The translations under genes and the position numbers were made by a program. A DNA stretch of 64,000 nucleotides from Bispira polyomma (lineage: Eukaryota): assembly GCA_965649765.1 (NCBI GenBank), contig OZ287750.1:52142001-52206000 (forward strand), read 5' to 3'. The notes under the pieces were generated by a model. That model worked only from the letters and a program-made list of their open reading frames with translations. It ran no database searches and was not told the origin of the DNA. Shown in pieces: positions 37,611 to 48,200 of the stretch. How positions within the stretch are numbered: the stretch's first letter is position 1; each line of letters begins with the position of its first letter.

Positions 37611-39818
37611 GTATAACTATGACAACTGTTATCCTTAGTAATGCTCTCTGCATGCCTTGACGCGTGTCACCACTCATGAATGTATATAGATATATATTTA
37701 GTGTTATAATGCCTGTTTGTGTTTAGTTTTGTGTTACAGTATGGTTAATATGGTGTGTTGGTTTCAAGACATCTAATCACATGATGGGTTATTTCTTTCT
37801 TGTTATTTATAAATATTTCGCTAATTACTTGTTTATGTTGTGTCCACTCCCCGGGGGTCCTAAATGCCCCTTAATACACGCACAACCTTATACTTAATGT
37901 GTGCTGTCACCCCCCATTGCACAACTTTATATATGTATATACATAGATATTTATGCACTGCTAATTTCCCCGCTGTGATGTGTAGAGAAATATATACAAG
38001 TTTATTTACAAGCTTGAAATATAATTGTTTTTTTAAATGGCATTCTAGAAATTCACTTGCACATGTACATTCAATTTGATAAAAAAATTGTATGAGCGCA
38101 TGTACATGTGCAGTGTCATGCCTGACCTTATTTTGACCTTTGACCTCAGAGTAGGACCTTGACCTGAAAAATCGATACTAGACTATATCCCAGTAACTAT
38201 ACTTTCCGCATGATGAAAACATAATATTGTTAGAGGCAGTCGATGTAAAGCATATCCTATTCGGCTTTGATTTTGACCTATGACGTTGCAGTAATAACCT
38301 TGACCTTTTTCGAGTCTATACGTGTGTACCTACACACAAATCTAAAGTTGGGAACTCAGATGATTTCCCTTACACTTTTTCATTGTTCACCAGTTTCACC
38401 TAAAGCCTATCGGCTTTCGGCATCTCTGATATTATTTTCTGCCATTTTGCCAATCTTTATAATATAGTCCCAGATATATAGTAAAGCTATGATTTGCAAA
38501 CCGACAGGAATTTAATGCACCAGTTTTTATGTTGTGCTTTTATGTTAATTCATCGAGTATGGGTGATTTATTGATGAATTTGATATAAAAAAGTTAGCAT
38601 TGAGTAGATTTGAGAATTTGCCCGATTTCTCTACAACTCACAATGCCCTACTTTATGTATCTCACTAGTGCCTGTATGATGTGTCATTATATCCCCATAT
38701 AGTACACATACAGACATACAGGAGTACTGTATTAACCTTGTTTTTCCCACATATCTGTGTTTGTGAACGTCATCAAAAAGCTTAGCTTGTCTGAGTTTTA
38801 TTTCTTTTCGTATTTGGTTCACTAATTTTGCTCTCCCCGTTTTTTTCAGGGTGATTTCTTTTTGGTGTATGACATTTAACAAAGTCCATTCAGTTTATAT
38901 TTGGGAGTATGTTTGTTGTAATAGTGTAATCACATGATTGGTGTGTCAAAATCATGTGATTAAGTCGCCACATATTGCACGCCAACATTTTAGAGATTAG
39001 AGTAACTTTAGATATCATATCAATAATATTTAAAACTTTCTTGTTGAGAAATAAACTGAGCCACATGTTAAATAGTTTGTCAGATTTCCTGTAATGTATA
39101 GTCATATTTATGTTAAATTTAAATATATAAATCTTAAAGTTACTTGCACTAATGTTAATCATCTTCTAACTATCAGTGATGTTCCCATAATAGTATCAGT
39201 TAAGTTTATCTATATGTTTTATTCAGTCACTCTTCTATATGGTCACATGATTTAGTAAATCAAGCCAGTATAATCATTTGACCATGTCTGCAGGTAACTT
39301 CTCAAAAATCAGTGATTGTTTAGTTATTACTAGTTAAGTTATTGTATGTTTTCATAATTTGGGGATATTTACAATAATAAAACAAATATATATGAGGTCT
39401 TTATTGTCCACAACTATTATAATAATGAATTCTTATGGTACTTCAATTTGGACGATAACTTGTAGGATATGTATTATATGTCACATATGTGATCACACAT
39501 AGTATATCATGGGTACTTTTTGTATTAGCCCTTGAGACAATAATAATAACAACTGGAAAATATTATCCAATATTAATGTAATATCTGCAGCACTTCACAA
39601 ATGTAGTTTTTTTATATGGTTGGGAGGAGGGCATAGCTATATATAGTGTTTTTGTCACTAAGTTATGTGCATCACTTAACTGTAACAGTGACTGCAGTTG
39701 TCATGGTTACCAAATGTTAGCATCCTTGTCTGAAGAGAGTGACTGTCTTTAAAGCTCAGTAAATTCCTGTAAGTTTCTCTCTGGTGTCTATTTTGTCTTG
39801 CTCTGTGGCTTGTGGTGG

Positions 39819-41787
39819 AGTGATACTTGATCCAAAGTCATACCCTAGGAAGTAGAGGTCATACTTTGTTCAAGGCCATACCCTAGGAAGTAGAGGTGAT
39901 ACTTGATCTAAAGGCATACTCTAGGAAGTAGAGGTTATACTTGGTTCAAGGGCTTACCTTAGGAAGTAAAGGTGATACTTGATCCAAAGGCATACTCTAT
40001 GGAGTAGAGGTCATACTTAGTTCAAGGCCATACCCTAGGAAGTAGAGGTGATACTTGATCTGAAGGCATACTCTATGGAGTAGAGGTCATACTTTGTTCA
40101 AGGGCTTACCTTAGGAAGTAGAGGTGATACTTGATCCAAAGGCATACTCTATGGAGTAGAGGTCATACTTTGTTCAAGGGCTTACCTTAGGAAGTAGAGG
40201 TCATACTTGGTTCAAGGGCTTACCTTAGGAAGTAGAGGTGATACTTGATCCAAAGGCATACTCTATGGAGTAGAGGTCATACTTTGTCCAAGGGCTTACC
40301 TTAGGAAGTAGAGGTCATACTTGGTTCAAGGGCATACCTTACGAAGTAGAGGTGATACTTGGTCCAATAGCATACCTTAGGAAGTAGAGGTGATACTTGG
40401 TCCAAGAGCATATCTTAGGAAGTAGAGGTAATACTTGGTCCAAGGGCATACTTTAAGAAGTAGAGGTGATACTTGGTCCAAGAGCATACTTTAGGTGCAG
40501 AGGTGATACTTGTTTAAAGGGCTTACCTTAGGAAGTAGAGGTGATACTTGGTCCAACAGCATACCTTAGGTAATAGAGGTGATACTTGGTCCAAGGGCAT
40601 ACTTTAAGAAGTAGAGGTGATACTTGGTCCAAGAGCATACTTTAGGAAGTAGAGGTGATACTTATTTAAAGGGCTTACCTTAGGAAGTAGAGGTGATACT
40701 TGGTCCAACAGCATACCTTAGGTAATAGAGGTCATACTTAGTCCAAGGGCTTACCTTAGGAAGTAGAGGTCATACTTGGTTCAAGGGCATACCTTAGGAA
40801 GTAGATGTGATACTTGGTCCAAAGGCATACCGTAGGAGGTAGAGATCATACTTGGTTCAAGGGCTTACCTTAGGAAGTAGAGGTGATACTAGTTCAAAGG
40901 GCTTACCTGAGGAAGTAGAGGTGATACTTGGTCCAACAGCATACCTTAAGAAGTAGAGGTGATACTTGGTCCAAGAGCATACTTTAGGAAGTAGAGGTGA
41001 TACTTGGTCCAACAGCATACCTTAGGTAATAGAGGTCATACTTGGTTCAAGGGCTTACCTTAGGAAGTAGAGGTCATACTTGGTCCAAGGGCATACCCTA
41101 GGAAGTAGAGGTGATACTTGGTCCAAGGGCTTACATTAGGTAATGGAGGTGATCCTTGGTCCAAGGGTTTTACCCTAAGAAGTAGGGGTCATACTTGGTC
41201 CAAGGACATACCCTAAGAAGTAGAGGTCATACTTGGTCCAAGGGCATACCCCAGGAAGTAGAGGTCATACTTGATCCAAGTGCTTACCCTAGGAAGTAGA
41301 GGTGATACTTGGTTTAAGGGCATACCCTAGGAAGAAGAGGTGATACTTGGTTCAAGGGAATACCTCAGGAAGTAAAGGTGATAATTGGTCTAAGAGCATA
41401 CCTTAGAGGTGATACTTTGTTTAAGGGCATACCTTAGGATGTAGAGGTCATACTTGATCCAAGGCCTTACTTTAGGAAGTAGAGGTGATAGTTAATCCAA
41501 GAGCATACCTTAGAAAGTAGAGGTGATACTTGGTCCAACAGCATACCTTAGGTAATATAGGTGATACTTGCTCCAAGAGCATACCTTAGGAAGTAGAGGT
41601 GATACTTGGTCTAAGGGCTTACCTTAGGAAGTAGAGGTGATACTTGGTCCAATAGCATACCTTAGGAAGTAGATTTGATACTTGGTCCAAGGACATACCT
41701 TAGGAAGTAGGGGTCATACTTGGTCCAAGAGCATACCTTAGGAAGTAGAAGGGATACCTGCTCCAAGGGCATACCTTAGGAAGTAGA
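39819..41787. repeat. 38-bp minisatellite, about 50 copies, with higher-order alternation
   Basis: Consensus ggaagtagaggtgatacttggtccaagggcatacctta. Confidence 0.95.
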
Positions 41788-42213
41788 CTAAGTTTGTCTG
41801 TGTATTGAAAGGGGTGTTGGAGGGAGAATAGGTATTGCTGTAAGTTTTTATGTAGGAATTTCAGAATATGAAGGGCGTGGGTGAGGGCGAGACAGGTGAA
41901 CAGGTGTTTAGAGTTGTTGGGGTGATAGATTTTCAATACTTGAGGTGAGTACAAGATCATCAAGCACTCACTTTTCTGTGTAAGTTTTGGTTATGGACTG
42001 GTTATAAAGTCTGACCATCTGGGAAGTCTACAGCTGTTGTGTTTATTAGGCAGAGCAGGGAATTTAGGTTAAGGGGGGGGGGGGATCAATAGTTATGATG
42101 GACTTCAGTATAAGCGGAGTAAAGACAAGTGTCCACTCGCCACAGAGCAGGTCCCCCAACCCACACACACACACATGTCTTCAGTCACCTGATTGCATGC
42201 TTATTCTTTGTAG

Positions 42214-42246
42214 GGGATGAGCTAAGCTTTTTGATTGGATCCAGAG
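42214..42246 (+). CDS. Candidate alternative 33-nt exon (G)DELSFLIGSR(G); read-through to 42260 gives ...GSRGDCL*
   Basis: ttattctttgtag| ... GAG|gtgact; phase 1/1, open, restores the Gly codon at both junctions; three TGCATG within about 130 nt. No transcript evidence. Confidence 0.4.
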
Positions 42247-43107
42247 GTGACTGCTTATAGGTTTACTCTGTCTTGGTTTTTCTGCATGCATCTAATGCTT
42301 GTGTTAGTGGGGTAGTGTCTGCATGAGATAGAAAAAAACATGACACCCCCTTTGGTGATTGCGTGTGTCACTAGCCTGTTCTTGTATGATTTTGAATATC
42401 ATCCGGCGATCTCGTTCATAAGTAGATTTGTAACAGATATTGGGGATGAAATGATTAATTTCCTTGACTAATGATACATCAGTTAACCCCTTGCTTTGCT
42501 TGTAGAGCTTAGCTTTTGTATAAACCTGGACTACTTGTCAACAAAGTGGTAATAATAGAAGTTTATTAAACACAGTTGATTGGAAACATCACAAATGTTC
42601 TAGAGGTATGTCCATAAACAAACTAGTATTGTTTACCCACGATCCCTCAAAGAACAACCCTTTGTGGCCTGATTGGTTTAAGGGTTAGTATGATGAGGGT
42701 TTCAACTTGATTTAACCCCTGGTAAAGCCATAATGGACATTGGGGGAATAGCATCCTTTGGCATGATGTAAACACTGTTGCCTTCTTGCGGTGAACAATG
42801 TCACATGTTTGTAGGACTACATCCCTTCTTGGTGAACAAATGTCTTAGAGGATGTATTTCCAATTTATCTGTTAGTTTATAAATATTCAACATAAATTTA
42901 TTAAAGCTGTACTATTGTTGTTTTGCTTATGTTGCTTTGTTGCTACATTTGATGGATAGAATTCACAGCGGCCACATTTTTCTGTGTATTCTATTGTGAG
43001 CACTATCTTTGAAGGTGTTTTCATGTTCAAGTACAGTGGCACATCAACATTGAAATTAAAAATCTAATAATGTTTTTGTCTTATGCACTTGCAATATTAT
43101 ATATTAA

Positions 43108-43357
43108 CCCTTTTGTGACTGAGGAATTAATATCACACTGTACTAACAAAGATTCTGAGGTATCAGGTTGCATATAGCTGGAGTCAAAAAAGAATACAGC
43201 ACAGACAACTGCGGCATTTCATAAGGCCTCATGAAACATCATTTGCTAGACTTAGTACTGATACATCGAATACAATAGGGAATACCGCAGTCAAAGTAAA
43301 CAATAATATGGGGAATATAAGACAGGGTGTCAATTGATGAACATTGGTGCAAAAGGG
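43108..43357. mobile_element. piggyBac-like MITE
   Basis: TTAA|CCCTTTTG ... CAAAAGGG|TTAG; interior homologous to the flanks of the 5621-6163 insertion. Confidence 0.55.
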
Positions 43358-44409
43358 TTAGTATGTCATATCTAAACAAAGTTTCAACTTTTGCTGTATC
43401 TCCTTAAGTTTTGTGAAGTCATTTTGATCCAACCTTAGACTCTGTACCCTTCAGCAAACTCACAGCACTCAAGAAACCCCATGTTAATTGATAATGGTAA
43501 TCCTCCGACATATATACTTTCCCCTTATTTAGGTATGTGTCTCATCTATCCACAATATTGTTGCTATTGCTGGTGTCTACTTTCTTTACTTAACTAATAT
43601 ATCTACCAGTTGCAGTTATTTTCCTCAAGGCCATTAAACTTCTTGAGAGGTACACCAATGTTTAGGGTCCTCAGTGGCGTAGTAGTAACACACTCGCCTC
43701 TCACCTCTGCAGCCGGGGTGTCATTCACAGCCCATACACATGCATGTGGGATGAAGTTGGAAGTAGACTTGCTGAAGGCTGGCTGATTGCAGTACAGAAC
43801 ACCTCCACAAATTACGGTGTGCTGCTTTACTCTACCAATATATACTGCCCTTCGCAATATAATACTGAATTATGGAGAGCATTATTAAATTAAAAATTAA
43901 CCAAAATGAAAAAGTTTACCAGTTTAAATGGATTGAGAGTAATTTTACATCAGCAATTTAAGTATATTGGTTACATATTCAACATAGACCACTTGTAGCA
44001 AGTTTAGATGAGCTGTTGTGTGAAGAGAACCCTTTGAGATATGTACACCAATAGTTTTCTGTGGGTTCAGTTATTTGTATTACAAACTCTAGAACTCGTG
44101 AGTAATAGTTTTTACTACAGCCATGCCTCCATTACCCTGCTGTATTTCACATGTTTACACTAACAATACCATACAACATCAGACTGGGAATGTGGCCTGT
44201 TTACTGAGATCTCTCATTTACACTGTCAACTCATTGCACAAATGGACAGTTATTCAGCTGCTCCTCTTGCTTGCTGTGTATTTTAAAGATAACACTTATC
44301 CACTAACCGTCACCCAGCTACCCACCCACCTAAACATTCCCTAATTTAGGGCCAGAGCTTCATAGAATGTGTTAAATGTACTCGATAAGTCTAGGTTTGT
44401 GGTTGCCTT

Positions 44410-45203
44410 TCTACTAGTATACAGATCTGCACCCTGCGTTTTAGTAGTGGCCGATTCCATTGGTATACAGACCTGTACCCTGGGTTTTAGTAGTTTCCCA
44501 TCCTACTGGTATACAGAACTGCAACTGGTGTTTTAGTAGTTTCCCATTCTACTAGTATACAGATCTGCACTCGGTGTTTTAGTAGTTTCCCATTCTACTA
44601 GTGTGCAGATCTGCACCCGGTGTTTTAGTAGTTTCCCATTCTACTGGTATACAGATCTGCACTCTGTGTTTTAGTAGTTTCCCATTCTACTGGTATACAG
44701 AACTGCAACTAGTGTTTTAGTAGTTTCCCATTCTACTAGTATACAGATCTGCACCCAATGTTTTAGTAGTTTCCCATTCTACTGGTATACAGATCTGCAC
44801 TCTGTGTTTTAGTAGTTTCCCATTCTACTGGTATACAGAACTGCAACTAGTGTTTTAGTAATTTCCCATTCTACTAGTATACAGATCTGCACCCAGTGTT
44901 TTAGTAGTTTCCCATTCTACTGGTATACAGATCTGCACTCTGTGTTTTAGTAGTTTCCCATTCTACTGGTATACAGAACTGCAACTAGTGTTTTAGTAAT
45001 TTCCCATTCTACTAGTATACAGATCTGCACCCAGTGTTTTAGTAGTTTCCCATTCTACTGGTATACAGATCTGCACTCTGTGTTTTAGTAATTTCCCATT
45101 CTACTGGTATACAGATCTGCACCCTGTGTTTTAGTAGTTTCCCATTCTACTAGTGCATAGAATCTGATCTGATCCTGCATTTTAGTAGTCTCCCACTCTA
45201 CTG
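44410..45203. repeat. 46-bp minisatellite x about 17 with a 3-unit (138-bp) higher-order period
   Basis: ttttagtagtttcccattctactggtatacagatctgcactctgtg; period 44531 to 44577. Confidence 0.93.
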
Positions 45204-46974
45204 TACTGGTTTTATTGACTCCATTTCTGGTGCTAATTATTCAAGATAAGATATGCAGATTCCAGTAAATGTAAATTGCTTGTCGAAATGTCAAATCTCT
45301 GATTTAGCCAAGTCAAAGCAGACCACCTCTTGTAAATTAGTACATATTTAACTTTCACTAAATGCCTTGATCAAAATTTCTTTCATGTGAACCTACTCAT
45401 GAAAGACCACCTGTTTTACAAATATCACAGTTTTGGTTGCCCTATTCTCCCTTTATCAGCAGATAAAGTCCTGTGTATCAAGTATATCAACTACCCTTCC
45501 ATCTGCGAAAGCTCAAACAGAACTATCAATTTTTTTCTTCAATAGAAAACTCTGAACCTCTTTGTTTGGACAAGGCTTATTTTCCCTAGCTGCCTTATAA
45601 TCCCCGTGTTAAGATAATTGATAAAATATACTTGGATTGTTGTACATTAGAATACACCATTACTCTATTTGCAGAGATTAAACACCATATGCAGTGAAAT
45701 TTAGATAACAGACTTATTATCTCTGACACACACACCTGTGTGAAACGTCTTTCCTTCTGTCAATCAAGAAATTTACCTAAACGTTTTTTATTTCCATTGG
45801 CCAATCAAGGTCAAATTGTATTTCACTGGATTTTGTCTTGGTAATCAGCTGCAGTCATTGCAGGAACTCCTGTGTATCGTTTACACCCGGCAAGGTTTAC
45901 CATCTGCTTACATCTTCTCTTTCAGTTATTGGATACTCTTTGATGTTTATCTCAGATATCACCACATTTGGGTCAATGAGGCTACTATATATTTGAGTTA
46001 CTCACTAAAAGCTCTATTAAATACACCTATTGGTAACTTATAGTTACTCCTCAGTTAACTCAGTTATTCCCATTAATAAGGAAATTGTTCTATGTGGTAT
46101 TTGAGTTTAAGCAAGACTTTAAGTTTGAGACTTTTGATATTCTAAAAATTTTCTATAATCTAAAACTTAAGCTTGTGCATAAACTCGGTTAGATTTCCTA
46201 CTTAACGGCTAATAATCTAGACCTATCGCCATTTCTTTTAGTGGAGCTTTCGACTGGTTCCCAATGCTATAGTTACGTATAGTTTATTTTTATTGACCTG
46301 GTTACTGATAAATAATAACAAATACACTTTCTTTGGTGTAGATGTTTACTTTTATTTGTTATTAATTAGTGCAATAATGAGTGTTATTCTTGTCAAATTT
46401 GTGTCTCTTACGCGATCAAAAACCAGCACATGAGGATACATGCCAGATTATTGGCAATACATATTTTGAGATTATGGTGAGTGTAAGTTTAAGACTTCGA
46501 TACTCACAACCCCTAGGGTCAAGGTTATGTACAATGTGTTTGAAACCAAGGTTTAAATGTGCTACAGCTTAGGGTTTCCTTTATAAATTGGAGAAATCTG
46601 CTTCATATGCTTTAAGTATCTGCTGCATGCAGTTGGTATTAGTAAAACCTGTATATGTAATTGTATGTATCAGTACAGAATATAACGTTAATCCTCCTCC
46701 TCGCGGCGGCAAGGCAATTACATTCCTGCATGTTGGTGTATGTACGTACATGTTAACACTGTTCTGTGTGTAGTTTTACTAAAAATTTACAGGAATAAGT
46801 CAACTTCCACAGATATCTAAAGTGTGAACTGTCTACCCTGCAGGATTTAATGAATCAATGATTCAGTAATCTTCTTGATTAAGTAGACATCATGGCTAAA
46901 AATATGTATATATCATACAATAATATACATGTATGTTTATCTACATCACAGTTGTAAAATAGTTTGTACTCCGA

Positions 46975-47230
46975 CACCACAGATATGAAATAGTCCATAT
47001 TCTGTAACAGCAAAGATATGAAATAGTCCATACTCTGACATCACAGATATCAAATAGTCCATACTCTGACATCACATAAAAATAGAATAGTCTGTATTAT
47101 GAGATCACAGATTTAAAATAGTTCATACTTTGACATCACAGATATAAAATAGTCCATACTACAACACCACAGCTATAAAATAGTCCATACTCCAACATTA
47201 CAGATATGAAATAGTCTGCAGTCTGACATA
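46975..47230. repeat. About 31-bp minisatellite
   Basis: cacagatatgaaatagtccatactctgacat. Confidence 0.85.
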
Positions 47231-47653
47231 TTTAAAGTATTTCTGTAAGACAATAGATATAAACTATCAGTAAGTCGACAATCATTGTTCGTTGATGTAC
47301 TCTCAAGTTTCTTTTATACAGTGGTTTAGGTAGCATACATTTGATGAAATGCTTCTTACAGTGTTGCACATAGAACTTCAAATAGCCTCAAGCTCTCACA
47401 GATTAAACAGTAATTTAATCATTTAATACAGATTTGCTTTAACTTGTGTTTCTCACTGTCAGTTGATGTGTTTATACTTTTATAACTACGGTATATATCA
47501 CTTGTTTGTCCATATCTAATCCCTTTTTATCTGTATTACCATAGCTATTCTGGGATAAAACACATATATTAAGTTCCCACCAGTCAATCATCTCTATCCA
47601 CCCCCATTTTTTTCGGGCCCTTGGTCACTCTCTATGTTTTTCTATTTTTACAG

Positions 47654-47853
47654 GAAGTCCAGGTAACCCAGGAATGGGACGACAAGGTCGGGCAGGTGAG
47701 CGTGGCCCCAGGGGTAGGTCGGGCCAGCCAGGCCCTCAAGGCCCACCGGGCAGCCCGGGAGCCCCGGGCACCTGTGACTGCGGGCTGAGCGCCCAGACTC
47801 AGTATGTCCAAATGATGGACCAAAGACAGAGGGAGAGTGTCAAGGGGCCTTAA
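47654..47853 (+). CDS. Collagen terminal exon 25 (200 nt coding) (G)[10 protein letters not shown]...[31 protein letters not shown]
   Basis: tttttacag|; phase 1; TAA at 47851-47853. Confidence 0.96.
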
Positions 47854-48194
47854 GAATCAAGCTAACTCACCCTACCCACACCACCACCACTTCTCAGCTT
47901 ACCCCCTAACCCCCAACCTCCCATTTTACCGCGTCTTTCAGCCCTCTCTCTGCTCCGTCTACAAGGTCACGTGACATAGAATTTGTTTTTATGGAGATTG
48001 AGCCTTGTAAGCTCTTCATTATATATATTTATAATTATACATATAGTATAGAATCACAGGGTATTAGTTGATATATATATTGACTTTTTTTCCGTTTTAT
48101 GAATTTAGATTTTGGGGATTTTGAATATTGTGTCACCCAGCACCTTAGAATTTGATATAATCAAAAATTGGCGCCAAACAGGTTTGATAAATGC

Positions 48195-48200
48195 AATAAA
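48195..48200 (+). promoter_or_regulatory. Candidate proximal polyadenylation signal AATAAA
   Basis: First AATAAA I found after the stop (overlapping pair AATAAATAAA). Confidence 0.4.

Larger units (their letters stand above)
4398..47853 (+). other. Gene span (5'-partial): FACIT / collagen IX-like alpha chain, 25 coding exons in window, 634 aa
   Basis: 25 AG/GT(GC)-bounded exons join into one open frame of Gly-X-Y with short interruptions, NC2 GRSVPLSKVRDICREILREQLEELTRDLI, a COL1 with GY and GM imperfections and NC1 [28 protein letters not shown]. Introns are phase 0 up to the NC2 exon and phase 1 afterwards. Confidence 0.93.

Noticed and set aside
41700-41963. Antisense gene whose donor (AAG|GTATGC / GTAAGC) might have seeded the 38-bp array
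   Set aside because: Minus-strand donor-like motifs exist in the units, but the ORF has no recognisable features and no partner exons were found.
39819-45203. Long arrays as CRISPR-like structures
   Set aside because: Head-to-tail tandem units with no unique spacers, no cas genes, eukaryotic intron context.
46427-46745. Putative exons 46427-46476 (GTGAGT donor) and about 46679-46737 (CpG-rich, flanked by TGCATG)
   Set aside because: Weak acceptors, and I found no combination with consensus splice sites that keeps phase 1/1; kept only as part of the motif-rich intron finding.
7658-47823. Minus-strand Pro/Gly-rich ORFs (7669-7866, 9425-9670, 25490-25813, 33820-34056, 47632-47823)
   Set aside because: Antisense shadows of the GC-rich collagen exons; no independent splice structure.
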